DNA of 64,000 nucleotides. Origin: Squalus acanthias. Its lineage: Eukaryota. A model generated the notes under the pieces. It had not been told where the DNA came from. It saw only the letters and a program-made list of their open reading frames with translations, and did no database searches. This document shows positions 49,639 to 62,033 of the stretch, in pieces. The stretch is taken from the NCBI GenBank assembly GCA_030390025.1, contig CM059431.1, forward strand, positions 115,632,001 through 115,696,000. Reading direction: 5' to 3'. Made by a program: the position numbers and the translations under genes. How positions within the stretch are numbered: position 1 is the stretch's first letter; each line of letters starts with the position of its first letter.

Positions 49639-49980
49639 ATGGGAACCATTTATTTCCTTTCCTCCTGGACATCAGATTCGGACGAAGACCAGCCGCGACA
49701 GCAGCAGAACCCTGAACAACAGCAGCACCAACAGCAGGAGCAACAACAGGAGCGCCAAACTACTGTTCACCCACCTGAAGCTGCACAGGCCAGAAGGCGC
49801 CAGAGTGCGACCACATTGCTGCCCGGTATGCAAGGGACGCACTCATGTTGGCCAGATTTGCTTAGCCTGCACAATCAAACACTTTTGCCTCGCACCTTCT
49901 TCCAGAGCATCGACAATGGACAAGAACTTGCGGATTCCTATCACTCTGACCACCATACCAACAATTGCAAGTCGCCCTAA
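49639..49980 (+). pseudogene. 5' remnant of a Harbinger transposase (Gln-rich N-terminus)
   Basis: MGTIY...SDSDED-QQQ. Position and orientation match the transposase of 43731-48044. Similar remnant at 55413-55661. Confidence 0.6.
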
Positions 49981-50133
49981 GCCCTCAATGTGGAAGTCCC
50001 ATTTGTGAAATGACACAGGCCACAACTTCAACAGTTTGCCATCAGAAATTTTTATCACAACAAGCAACTGATGGCATTTCAAAACTAAACACAACATAAC
50101 ACCCAAGTGACTACCCTTGTGACTACTTGTGCA

Positions 50134-52038
50134 TTATCTTCCTCTTACGCGTGCTCCTACGTGGTACTTCCCCTGTGGCTTCAGCAGATGTGAAGGCCCT
50201 TTACTCACTTTCTTGCTGCTCCTGTCTCGACACCTTTGGCGGCCGTCCTCTGGGGTTGCGAACCTGTGAGGGCTCGGCAACAGTCTGCTGCTCCTGCGGC
50301 TGTGCAGGGGAGGAGATGCCCATCTCAGTTGGGTGAGGACTCTGGTGGGGCTCTGACCGAGGGCTTTGCAGTGGCATGGTCGTGTGAGCGCTTGGAGAGG
50401 AGCCCCCACTTCCTATTTGTCTGCCACCAACATCCCTCTCATGGGTCAGTCCCACTTCAGAGCTAGCAAGTGGCTTGACAGCACCTTGATGCACTTCAGG
50501 GGGGCCATGAGGACCCGTTTCTGCACTGGAAGTCCTACTCCAGAGGACTTCCATGACGGTCTGGTTTCTATGCTCAATAGCTGACCATCACTCCTCAAGA
50601 GATGCCAGTCTATTCTGAACAATGACCATGTTTTCAACACTCTGGTGACTTAGCTCCTCCATGGTCATAGCTATCCTCTCTTCTACCGTAGCCATCCTTT
50701 CAACGGAGGTTGCCATCCTATCCGTGGAGATGCGTTCATGTGCCAATGCCTCCACAAAGGCTCTGCTCATGTTAGCGATGGACTCCTCCATTCGCTCCAC
50801 ACTCGCTGCGACCCTGGAGTCAAAACCTGCCAGAGACTCCTGCACCTGTTCCTGGAGTTCCAGCACCGCTCTCCTTCTGGATGGACCCGGAGGCACAGGG
50901 TTGACATGCAGCTGAGCCGAGCTGGCAGAGTCCTGCGCCCTCCGACAAGGACTCTCCACTGCTGTCCCTGTCTCCACCATCTGCTGATGCTCACTTGTGA
51001 GCTGTGATACACCAGGTGCCAACACTACTCTATCTCGCGAGGGTCCCACCGAGGTGTGAGTGTCTGCGCTGGTGCTGGGTGCGCTGAAAGGTGCTGATGC
51101 TGCACCCTCAGAGGTTGCAGCTTCCTCTGAGGAGTCTGGAAGCTCAGGCTCTTCCTCCTGGACAATGGGGACGGGGGCTTTCGATGGTCCTGTGGGGGAG
51201 TAAAGGAATGAGTTAGAGATGTGAGGTCAAGGTTACATGCACATTGAATAGTGCAGATGATCATAAGTCAATCTGTTAAAGCATCAGATTTATTATCAGT
51301 GACTCATGCAATGTCAATGAGAGAGATGTCAAACTATTACGTCACCAGCTTGCTGTGATGCGCCCGTCTGTCCGCCCCCCACTTGGGAATCCTCCTCGAT
51401 CCCGGCGATTTCCAGGGCCGCCTCCTCCCAGGCGGTGAGCTGGGGTACTAAGGGTGGCCCTCCCCCTGTCATGGCTCTTTCCCTCTTATTGTGGGCTCTC
51501 TTTTCCTGCAATGACGGACACAAGTGGAGTTTGAGTGAGAATGAAGGAGTGAGTGTAGAGAATGCATAGCATTGATGCTTAGAAGGAGACAAAGGGTCCT
51601 CCCTGTGTCTTTTACGTTCTTGTTGTTGTTGCATCACTGTGATAGGGAGTGCGAGGGCTACATGGTCGAATAGTTTAGTGAATGTGACCATAGAGAGGGA
51701 GCCAATGGGTAAGGGTGCAGGGTTGTAAGTGTCAAGTGTAATGTGGAGGAAGAGGTTGGCAAAGCAGAGTGCTGGTGAGGAGAGGCGATGGGGATCAGAT
51801 TGAGGGTGATGGGAAAGTCATACTCACTTTTCTAGTGTGGAGAAAGTCATGAAACCTCTTCCTGCATTGCAGCCAGGTTCTGCGGCTCATTGAGCCACAC
51901 AGCTTTAGTCTGCTAGGGTGGCTTTTTTCTCCCTGAGGAATGGGAGAGCACCTCCTTATTAGATCTTGCTCCCGGCACCAGAGCTTGGAGGGAGGGCTCA
52001 TCAGAGCGAGGTGCACACTTTTGCTTGCTGGTGGACAT
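50134..52038 (-). pseudogene. Harbinger Myb-like gene; exons 52038-51828, 51505-51346, 51189-~50134
   Basis: RRTWLQCRKRFHDF | EKRAHNKRERAMTGGGPP | long exon 3. GT-AG introns, premature stops. Confidence 0.8.
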
Positions 52039-52672
52039 GATCGGTAAATGAAATCCTTCATACAATTTCCAAAGCGTTTGCAGTCTCCAGAAGAAGCAAG
52101 GCTGCTTGCAGATCTTAAATCCAGCAGCATTGATGACGTCATCGGAGGCGACTTTCTGTATGAAAAGACTCATTGGGCCAGGGGTTCCCACACGCAGGAA
52201 ATCAATTGCCTAATTAGGGGAAAATCCCAATTTTTCAACACTTCACTTCAGAGTCGGGATCCTGACACAATTCCCTCTTGACACGCCCCAGCCCGCCCAC
52301 ACTGACAAAATCCAGCCCTAAGTCTCCTTGCCGAGAGGACATGCATGTGACCTGTTTTTAAACCTCGATCAAGAGTTAGGGTTTGTAGGTTTGAAGTCAT
52401 ATTCCACTACTGGATGGCATAGTAAGATGGAGTGTAAATGTGCTGTGCCACTATGCCACCTAAAACAAATGAATTTCAAAGGTTCAAGGCTCCAATTGTT
52501 CGTCTGTTTTTCCAATCTAATTGCTATTTGTCGTTTATTCCTACCGATGTTCACCTAGAAAAGCTGCAATTTGTTGCAATAATTTTATTACTAATGCAGC
52601 AACAAATAATTACACATACGCATGTATGTGTATGTATATATCACTCAGTTTTGAATCATAGCAATAGTTACA

Positions 52673-53296
52673 GGCCTAGACGCTTCCGCTCAATTGCGCT
52701 GATTTTTTTGTCACAATTCGTCCGAAACCGGTGTAACCACGCAAAAGGTCGCCGAATTTTAAGCGCAGTTTGCGTTCAGTGCAACTTGAGTTTCCGCAAT
52801 ATTTTGCGCCAGTTTTAAAAACATCGCGCTGGAAGCAGGCCCCGCCCACAAAATTGACCAGCCCCCCGGGTGAATTAATCACCATAACGAATTTCCGCTA
52901 ATTGAGCCCATTTGTAGGCCTTCAGGGAGGCTTTAAAAATTAAGCTGGTTCTTTTGGGCACACGGACACTCAAAGCTACTTTTTAAAAGCTTTTAAATGT
53001 GGTTTTTGTTTTAATTTACTAAGAAACTGACTAATATACCCCAATATAACTAGAAAAGTGTTTCATATATTTTTAAAAGTGAATTTCACTCATTTAAAAT
53101 CGGGTTACTCAGAGGTGTTGGATTGTCACTGCGATTAAAAAGGCTTATTTTTTGTGATAAACCTATTTTCAGCTGTTTTAATCACACTTCACCGAGTTGC
53201 CACTTTTAAATATCTGAAGGAATTTTTTTAAAAGCTAAACAGGAGCAATTTCGGGCGCCAGATCAGCCATTGCGCCCAAAGCAGAAACTCTACCCC
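52673..53296. mobile_element. Harbinger-type MITE with an AT-rich core
   Basis: Ends GGCCTAGACGCTTC / GAAACTCTACCCC, ACA on both flanks (52670-72, 53297-99). Confidence 0.65.
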
Positions 53297-54965
53297 ACAA
53301 TATATGAATTTAAAAACAATTTTATTCCTGTGTGGGATGGAAAATAGTGACATCTTTAGTACTCATATATAAACATGAACAGGAAGATATTTTTTTCAGA
53401 AAAAGTCGTGTTTGAAGCTGACTTTGGAGATTGATTCAGAGAGTGCCAGGAGATTTCCTTTTTAAAAAGACAACTTCTGTAAACTGTCAGATTTGTGGAT
53501 AAGGATGACATTTCACCTCGGCCTTTCACCCACATGACCTTGAGGTTACTCTTCAGGATGTGCTGTGGTAGTCTGGAGCTCATCTATGCTGGGGTTATGT
53601 ACTTGACACCTGTGCATACTGAAAGCTTAGTTACTTCCTACTTGGCAGAAACACTTAATCACCCAATCATCTCCATAATCAGAGTGGATTAAAAGCCAGT
53701 TTCTCTCGCGCTGCAACAGCTGGTATTTCTGACACAATAAAGAACATGCTAAATGAGGGACAGTGATAAACAGCTGGCCTCATCCTTCTCATTTGTTCCC
53801 TTGCTTGCTCTTGCAAAAACTATGGGCTAACTCAAGGGATTAGGTTAAAAATGAAATATTTGTTACATTCAATGTAGAGAAAAATAGTCAAGGAAAATAC
53901 AGCATCAGAACTTCAACTTTTCGCGTAGTCTTTTAAATGTTTACAGTTTCTATATTTAGCTAAGCATGTAATGGAAAGTATCACTGCCTTCTAGATTTAT
54001 AACTGTTCAGATTGAAACCATTCACTTACGAAACAGCACATGGTTATTGTGCACTTTAACTAGGTTGTTTGAAATGTGAAGTCCTCTATCAGACAACTTG
54101 GAGGGATTGGAGGAGGAGAGGAAAAGACTTTCCTCAGATGGTCTGATGAAATGTTACCTGCTACTCCAGTGTCTAGGATTCACTGGGAGCAGGGGACAAT
54201 GTTAAAGTTTGCAGTCTATTATAACAATGATATATGAGGCAGTCTGCAGCAATTCTCAGCCTTTCTTCAAAATGTCAGCCTCCACCTAAACACATGGTGA
54301 TGTTTATGGGGTGGGGCGGGGGGCGGTGGGGGCTGATCTTCCTCTGCTTTGTGCCCACTCAATTGGCTCTTCTCACACTGGCACCAACCTTTCAGATGTT
54401 TTGATGAGATCTATTCTGTTTGTTCTCAATTGTTCCATCCTGCTGTTATAATACAAGATCTTGGTCATCAATGTATGCAGCACAAATTATTCCTTTCAGT
54501 AATTTCGCCTGATACTTGCTCTGTATTTCCTGGTAGCAGTGGTTTTAAAAGCTGAGATTCTCAGTCAGCGTCCATCTTTTGCTCCCTTTTGTTGTACTCG
54601 AACTTTTCTGAAACTATTTTAATGATTTTTGGTTTGAACAGTTTCCTTGAGGTGAAAAGAAAGAAAGAAAGACTGACTTACATTTATATAACAACTTTCA
54701 CCACCTTAGGATGTCCCAAATCGCTTTACAGTCAATTAAGTACTTTTGAAGGGTAGTCACTGCTGTAATGTAGGAAACACGGCTGCCAATGTTGTGCACA
54801 GCAAGATCCCACAAACAGCAATGTGATAATGACCAGAAAATCTGTGTTTTTTTTAGTAGTGTTGGTTAAGGAAATAAATATTGACAAGGACACCAGGAAG
54901 AACTTAAAAGCAGAAAATGCTAGAAATACTCAGCAGGTCAGGCAGCATCTGTGGCGAGAGTCAAC

Positions 54966-56656
54966 CCACCGCCACGTGTCTTTCCCAGATGCCGGGTCTG
55001 TCAGCGCTGAACAGACCCGACACACGGGGGCGGGGGAGGAAATTCAGGTCATTATGAAATTGTTAATAACCCATTAAGAAGTATTTTGAGCTGGCCTTTA
55101 CATTTTACAAGGATGCCCACGAGGTTCACGCTGCTCAGGGATCACGTCAAGTAAGCAGGTCGGGAGTTGTATGACCATGGGAACATCTCATTACTTGACA
55201 GCTTGAAATGTGCTATAAAAGTTCCCATCTCACAGCTGTTCACTTTCCAAGCTCAGAAGCTGTTGCTTACTGCATTTGGAAGACAGATTGAGCTTTATGC
55301 AGGTTACAAGTGTTTGGAGTAAACTCTCTATCCAGTGTCACCTCATTGGAACAAACTTTCTCACCATTGATAGATCACTTCTATCATCTCAAGTTCACCT
55401 GCCATCTATTACATGAGCATCGTTGTCCTTGAAACTATCTCACCTTGGTCCTCAGAATCCCATCACGATCAGCCCCAATACCAGCAGAACCAGGTACACC
55501 AGCAGCACCAACAACAACACCAACCTTCTCCGCAATCAACTGATGCTGCACAGGACACAGGGCATCAGCACCCGACCACATTGCTGCCCGGGAGGCCAGG
55601 GACAGCCTCACCATGGCCACATTTACTTCACTTGACGCTGTACACCCTGGCTGCCACATGATGTGCCAGGTTGTCACCACCCCACACCAACACCCTAAAG
55701 CATCACTACAATGCCCAAGCCATTCCTTTCATATGCATCATCATTGCGGGGGGTACCGTTAAGTCTCACCATTCACTGCAACTCACTAAGCCACTTCCAA
55801 AGGTGCACACAGATCTGTCCAAGAAGGCCAAGTGTTGAAAATAAAGGTTTCTATGTTTGACACAACATTAACAGAAACTTTACATGAACATTGGCTAAAA
55901 CACCCAAGTGCCTACCCTTGTGTGTTGTTAGTTAGTATGATTGGACTAGGATGAGGGTGAGTGTGAGGGGTGGCTAGTGAGATGGGGAAGTGATAATGTA
56001 GATAGAGAGGGATGGGTGGAGGTACAAGGTAAGTTGTTGTGAGTGAGGATGTGCAGGAGTAGGGTAGGGAAGGCAGAGTGATGGGGATATGATGAGTGGG
56101 TACAGCAGGATGAGGTTGAGTGTGGCTTTGCAGTAACGTTTTGTGATCTACTGAGATCATTTATGGTTTGCGCCACTGCAGCCTGGTCCTCCTGATGATA
56201 CCCTGCTTGTGTCCTCCTGTGCAATGTGCAACCAGGCTGTGTTGGTCTCCTGGGGAGGTCTCTTCCGCCCATTGGAAGGGAAGAGAACATCCCTGCGTGC
56301 TGTGACTCCCTCCATAAGTATATGGAGGGAGTCATGGTAGAGCCTGGGTGCAGACGTGCACCTCTGTGCAGTGATTGTCAGTGTTTGCAGCACCTCAATG
56401 CTGTAGAACACTGACAGCACAACTGTCAAACTAAATTTGCGCATGGTCCCTTTAAGGAAATCGGCTGATAAAGCATCATCAAATTATGTCATCAGACCCG
56501 CTTCCTTCAATTGGCCGGGAAACGCGCTGGGCAGGGCTTAACAAGCCCAATCGGGGGAAAATCATTTTGGACAGCGGGCTGGAGCCAGCAGCGGGGTCGG
56601 GACCCGCCACCGATGTCACCCGCCACGGACCCGCCGAGGTTGGTAAAATCCAGCAC
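54966..56656. mobile_element. Internally deleted Harbinger, inverted second copy of the 10024-15530 family (left TIR lost)
   Basis: Myb exon remnant ~56140-56380 (-), Gln-rich remnant 55413-55661 (+), end AAAATCCAGCAC. Confidence 0.85.
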
Positions 56657-56856
56657 AATGTTTCAGATCGATGAATTTTCATCAGAACTGGAAGGAGTTA
56701 GAGATGTAACAGATTTTAAGCAAGTGCCGGAGCGGGGAAAGTGGGGAGGGAAGGAAAGAACAAAAGGGAAGTTCTGTGATAGGGTGATAGGGTGGAAGGC
56801 AGGATTGATTAAATGACAAATGGTATGATTGTACAAAGCAAAAGGAGATGGTAATT

Positions 56857-57260
56857 CCAGGGTGTTCCAGGCCCGGGGGGTCCGATCCCCGACCCCAGGA
56901 GGTGCGGGCTGCTGGTGGGTGAGCGTGAGTGGCCGGGAGGAAGCACTCCTGCTCCTCCCTGGCCACAAGGATTGCTCTCCGAGGCTGACGCCACCTTGTT
57001 GCAGCCACCGGGAATCTTGAGCCCCGGGATCTCTGGCCGCCTGCAGTAAAACCTGCAGTAAAGTAGAGGCTTCAGGCCTCATTATAATATTTAAATTGCC
57101 AACCCGCCTTCTGGCAGCGGGTTGGCAGCCTGCTTACCCCAGTCCTGCCTGAGTGAAAGGTGAAAGTGGGCGGGTTGGGGTCGGGTTTTACATTTTTACA
57201 ACTTTCGCTCCCCCCCCACACCACCAACCCACCCGCTCTTGCCTGTGAAAATTCCCGGCC
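56857..57260. mobile_element. Partial Harbinger-type MITE
   Basis: Right TIR GAAAATTCCCGGCC. CTCCTGCTCCTCCC..GCCACAAGGA core is shared with ~58290-58790. Confidence 0.65.
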
Positions 57261-57832
57261 CGTTAACTCTGTTTCTCTCAACACAGATGCTGCCTGACCT
57301 GCTGAGTATTTCCAGCATTTTCTGTTTTTATTTCAGATTTCCAGCATCCGCAGTGTTTTGCTTTTGTACCATCCCTGCTTTTGTTCGAAATAGTGCCATG
57401 GGATCTTTTACGTCCTCCTGAGTGGGCAGACGGGGCCTCGGTTTAACGTCTCATCCGACGGATGTGCAGCACTCCCCAAGTACTGCCCTGGAGTATCAGC
57501 CTTGGTTTTTTGCTCAAGTCCCTGGAGTGGGAACCCACAGTCTTCTTGAATGCACAATCTTCTGACTCAGAGGCGAGAATGCTACCACAAAGCCACGGCT
57601 GACTCACAATCTAAGTATTGTTCTTGTTCTACAGCTCATTAACAATTCTGCCAGAGATGATTAGACCATCTCCAGGCATGTTATAATAATCAAGCAGGGC
57701 CAGATGTGAATCCTGACCGTTAGTAATCTTCAACAAGTGTTGTGCAATTTTGAAGCGTTATCTCAGCTTTTCCTCTGGAATTTTTGGTACTCAGGTTACA
57801 AGACTACAGTCCCAATTTTTTGGGGTATGGGA

Positions 57833-58258
57833 CATAAGAACATAAGAACATAAGAAGTAAGAGCAGGAGTAGGCCATACGGCCCCTCGAGCCTGCTCCGC
57901 CATTCAATAAGATCATGGCTGATCATCGACCTCAACTCCACTTTCCCGCCCGATCTCCATATCCCTTGATTCCCCTAGAGTCCAAAAATCTATCGAACTC
58001 AGCCTTGAATATACTCAAAGACTCAGCATTCACAGCCCTCTGGGGCAGAGAATTTCAAAGATTCACAACCCTCTGAGTGAAGAAATTCCTCCTCATCTCA
58101 TTCTTAAATGGCCGACCCCTTATCCTGTGACTATGGCCCCTAGTTCTAGACACTCCAGCCAGGGGAAACAACCTCTCAGCATCTATCCTGTCAATCCCCT
58201 TCCGAATCTTGTATGTTTCAATGAGATCACCTCACATTCTTCTAAACTCCAGAGAGTC
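57833..58258 (-). mobile_element. CR1 3' fragment
   Basis: (CATAAGAA)n tail. Reverse complement of the 29200-29570 type sequence. Confidence 0.9.
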
Positions 58259-58289
58259 AGGAATCCTCCACAGAGAGTTCAGCATGAGC

Positions 58290-58790
58290 CCCAGGCAATT
58301 TTAACTCCTGGTCCTCAGCTGTACTGTTTCCCGCTCAAAGTCGATGGGAATGACGTCAGAGCCGGCAAGTGGAATTGGGAAATTGGCCGGGAGGTCGATG
58401 CTGCTGGGGACTCAAGGGAACAGACTCCAGCATAAGGATAGTGCTGGAAGAGGAAGCTGCTGGTGATGGGAGGGAGAGGGAAGGCTGGGGTTGTGGAGGC
58501 CCAATGATTCCTTGTGGGGCCCAGATAGCCTCCTGCTCCTCCCGGCCCACAAGGAATCCTCATTAAAAAAATGTTGTCAATACTTATCTTGACCTCTTCT
58601 GGCCACTCTGCTGCTTCCCGCTAGGTTTCACTGGTGGGTTGGTGCCATGCAGGCCTCCCGGGATTCAAATTAAAATTGTGGCGTTGATGAGATCATCGGG
58701 CCTCATTTTCAGACTGCCCTCCCGTGCCTGAAATGTTCCTGGTTAAAATGGCGGTGGGTGGGAACACATCGGGACTGCACCGTTGAAATG
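58290..58790. mobile_element. Decayed MITE remnant
   Basis: Shares core motifs with 56857-57260 and 34464-34989. TGACGTCA at 58351. Confidence 0.5.
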
Positions 58791-58865
58791 CAAGAGAGAC
58801 AGGAAGGGGAAAAATTGGTAGGATTTATGGAGGAATCCGATGCCCGTCATAGTCACAGAGTCATA

Positions 58866-59758
58866 GGGGGAGAAATTCAGTATCGCCCCAGTTGGGGCGC
58901 AATTATCGTCCGGGCACAAAGATTAGAGCCTGGCGCTAATTATCGCCACCGACTGCAAACTTGACTTTTATCGCCCCTGGAGGTGATTGGAGTGCTAAAT
59001 CAGGTGCTTCACACCTGTCTTAAGGCGCAAAGGCCGAGGAGCGAGGCGCTACCTCAGAGCGCTGGCGAAGCTCATGTGATGTCAGTCAGCAATGGAACAC
59101 ACACACAATGGCGCGGGCCAGTTCTTAAAGGGAAGGGTTGATCTTGCTTTCCATCCACATCCTGCTCATTGCAGCCTTGAATCTCGGCCTGGAGAGACCT
59201 GCACATCAAATCTGCTGGAAAGAACAATGGAGAATACCAGGGAAAGAGCTCAGAGTGCAGCCCCCACAGTCTCTTCTAAATCGTTACAAGGAAGGGCAAA
59301 TTAAAATGAACCTGCAAAGTGCTGCTCAGTACCCAAAACTCCTTCACACAGCGTTGAATCTCTCCAGAAGTCTCTCTCTCTCTCTCTCAGAATGCGTGGT
59401 TCTAAAATGTCACCAACAATAAAAGGCTGGAAGCGGTCACCTTTAAATAGCGCTCCCCCAGTCCCTTCCTGACTGCAAAATGCTCCCCTCAACCTGTCGT
59501 TGCTAGCGGCAGGCGGTAAGGCAGGGGGCGCCACTCAATATCTGCTCCGGGGCGATACCGGGGCGTTGCGCACTCGACTGACGTCACGATCTGCCGGTGC
59601 AGGAGATCGTGGCGGTAGTGTTTAGCGCCAGCGCAAAATGTCTAGTTAATTTCGCGAGCGGCGCAAACATCGCCGCGCCCGGGCGCTAGACGCTTTGCGC
59701 CCCATTAGCACCCCCTCAAGGCGCTAATGGGAGGCGCAAGTAACTGAACTTTTCCCCC
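58866..59758. mobile_element. Non-autonomous derivative (893 bp) of the 43731-48044 Harbinger family
   Basis: Same TIRs, ATA TSD (58863-65, 59759-61). 58866-~59253 aligns to 43731-~44118 and ~59254-59758 aligns to ~47519-48044. Confidence 0.93.
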
Positions 59759-60366
59759 ATAGAGTCATAACGGCACAGAAGAAGGCCATTCGGCCCATCG
59801 AGTCCGTGCCAGCTCTCTGTAGAGCAATCCAGTTTGTCCCATTCCCCCGTTCTATCCCCGTAGCCCTGCAAGTTGATTTCCCTCAAGTGCCTATCTAGTC
59901 TCCCCTTGAAAACATTCAGTGTCTCCGCTTCCACCACTTCCGTCGGCAGCGAGTTCCAGGTTCTCACCACTCGCTGTGTAAAAAAGTTTTTCCTCACGTC
60001 CCCCTTGTATCTCTTGCCCAAAACCGTAAATCTGTGTCCCTAGTCCTTGTACCATCAACTAGTGGGAAAAGCCTTTCCTCGTCTAGCCTATCCAAACCCA
60101 TCATAATCTTGTACACCTCTTTTGCTCTAATGAAAACAAATCCAGCTTCTCCAACCTGTCTTTGTAGCTAAGATCCCCCATCCCCGGAACCATTCTGGTA
60201 AATCTCCTCTGCACCCTCTCAAATGCCTTCACATCCTTTCTAAAGTGTGGTGACCAGAACTGGACACAATACTCCAGTTGTGGCCTAAGCAGCGCTTTAT
60301 AAAGGTTCAGCATAACTTCTCTACTTTTGTACTCAATACCTCTATTTATGAAACCCAAGATCCCAT
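59759..60366 (-). mobile_element. CR1 3' fragment; its tail continues at 58848-58865 beyond the MITE
   Basis: GILGFINRGIEYKSREVM...QRRFTRM and KNFFTQRVVRTWNSLP, with a (CATAGAGT) tail. Confidence 0.9.
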
Positions 60367-61657
60367 CAGTCCTATCTACAAATGTGACATCATGACTGAG
60401 GAGGTGCAACAGGAAGAAGTGCCTACACGCCCCTCCCCAGTGGAATTTGTCAGCGTTTACGCTGTTTTTCTGGGTTTCTAGCACCCTTCTGCCAAAGTTA
60501 CAATGGCCAAGCGGGAGAACCCCCACCCCCCACCCCCCCCCCCCCCCGGCAGAAATTCACCCCCATTGTTTTCCTCCCAATTCTATCCAATTCTCTCCTA
60601 ATGATTGTGACTCATGTTGGGACTGTTTCATAGTTATTGGCTGCCCAAACATTCATTCTTCATGTATGAGACAAATGGATTGTGGAGAACTTCATAGCTG
60701 TGCCCAATGTTGTCCTCACGCAAGAATAACAACAACAATTTATGTAGTTCCTTTAATGTAGAAAAATGTCCCAAGTTGCGTCACAGAGGCATGTACACTT
60801 TTCAGCAGAGATCACTTGATAGCCATCAGAGCACAAAGCCTGCCTGATTTTCTCCTCCCTATCCCAGAGACTTCCAGAGGTGAATTGTAGTGCCTTCATT
60901 TCCAGTCAGCTGAGATCAGACAAATGAACAAAGGTCAAAGATCGAACCTGTTGCCTCCCTGGCATACATGGCTCATGTGCTGCATTGTGTGGTGCATTTA
61001 CCTCCTAAGATATTGAGAAAGCAAAGACTTGTAAAGCAGGGAAGCCTTCCGAGCATTAAAACACAAACACAGTTGGCGACTGTGTTACTCCAGGCGTAGT
61101 CACTCAACCTGGAAATGGTAATAGAAAGTCAGGAGAGTGCTTGCGTGAAATTTCTGTCCCTTCCCCCAATGTGTCCATATCACTAGTTCACCCTCTTTAA
61201 TGTAGCTAAGATGCAGATGATGGGGCCCAAGAAAGCTAACAAGAGGGATCGGCCTTCGTCTTAAACTCTTTGTAGCAGTGAAACCTGAAGTGAAATTAAC
61301 AGCATCAAGTGGATTCAGCTGGTGTGCTCAGGCCAAATCCTCTGAATTGCCCTAAGGGCAAAACAGAGGACACAGCTAAGTAATTCCTGCGTAGATTTTA
61401 GATAGGGAATGGGGAGAAGGGTAACAGAGGCTTAGTGTAGGATTAGAACTATAGTATGGCGCTGTTCACTACCTATGCTGAATGACACCAGAGAGGGAAT
61501 GGCCATTATATCACTTACTGGTAAATTGTTTGCCATTTTTACTTCTGATTCTGTCCATCATTTAGTTTTTTGATTAATATGGCACCATTTTGCAACTTCT
61601 ATGACCTAGGGAAATGGCATATATAACCACGTTATAGTCCAACAGTTTTATTTGAAA

Positions 61658-61699
61658 TCACAAGCTTTCGGAGCTATCGATTGCTCCTTCCTCAGGTGA
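61658..61699 (-). ncRNA. Minimal hammerhead ribozyme motif in the inverted arm
   Basis: Exact reverse complement of 62722-62763. Confidence 0.8.
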
Positions 61700-62033
61700 A
61701 GTAAATTAGATACAGAATCGCCAAAGCATATATAGATAGAGAACAAAGCATGTGTACCTTACAATTGCAGACCACTAAATTAAATCATCCTGACTATCTG
61801 CCGAGGTGTGATAAAGTTAATCAAGTCAGCCAGGAAGGTACCACATCAAAGACATAGCAAGATACAACTGAGACAATGAGGTGTAGTTGCAGGGGTTCTA
61901 ACGTGCCAAAAGTTGCCGTCTGTATGTAAAACGAAAAGCTTTAAAATTTTTACTTTTTTACTGGGAAAATTTTTACTTTTTTACTGGGAATCACATCTGT
62001 GAACAAGCCAACGACGACTCGAGTCCGGATCAC

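Larger units (their letters stand above)
49107..52318. mobile_element. Harbinger transposon (second family), transposase largely deleted
   Basis: TIRs GGGCTCGATTTTGCCAG / CTGACAAAATCCAGCCC, TAA TSD (49104-06, 52319-21). Confidence 0.92.
54905..57367. mobile_element. Penelope-like (family A) insertion with inverted ends, split by two Harbinger elements
   Basis: Minus pieces 54905-54965 and 56657-56856 match 21640-21900. Plus-strand tail at 57261-57367. Confidence 0.75.
54655..57605 (-). mobile_element. One SacSINE1/Deu-type SINE split in two (54655-54904 and ~57372-57605)
   Basis: The left part ends GGACACCAGGAAGAACT and the right part resumes CCCTGCTTTTGTTCGAAATAGTGCCATGGGATC. The two are collinear in the family sequence as I recall it. 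Confidence 0.8.

Noticed and set aside
61999..62033. Start of a stand-alone 129-aa nuclease gene
   Set aside because: The first codons, from a GTG, come from the inverted arm. The ORF is a 5'-truncated PLE fragment with no ATG before the catalytic motifs.
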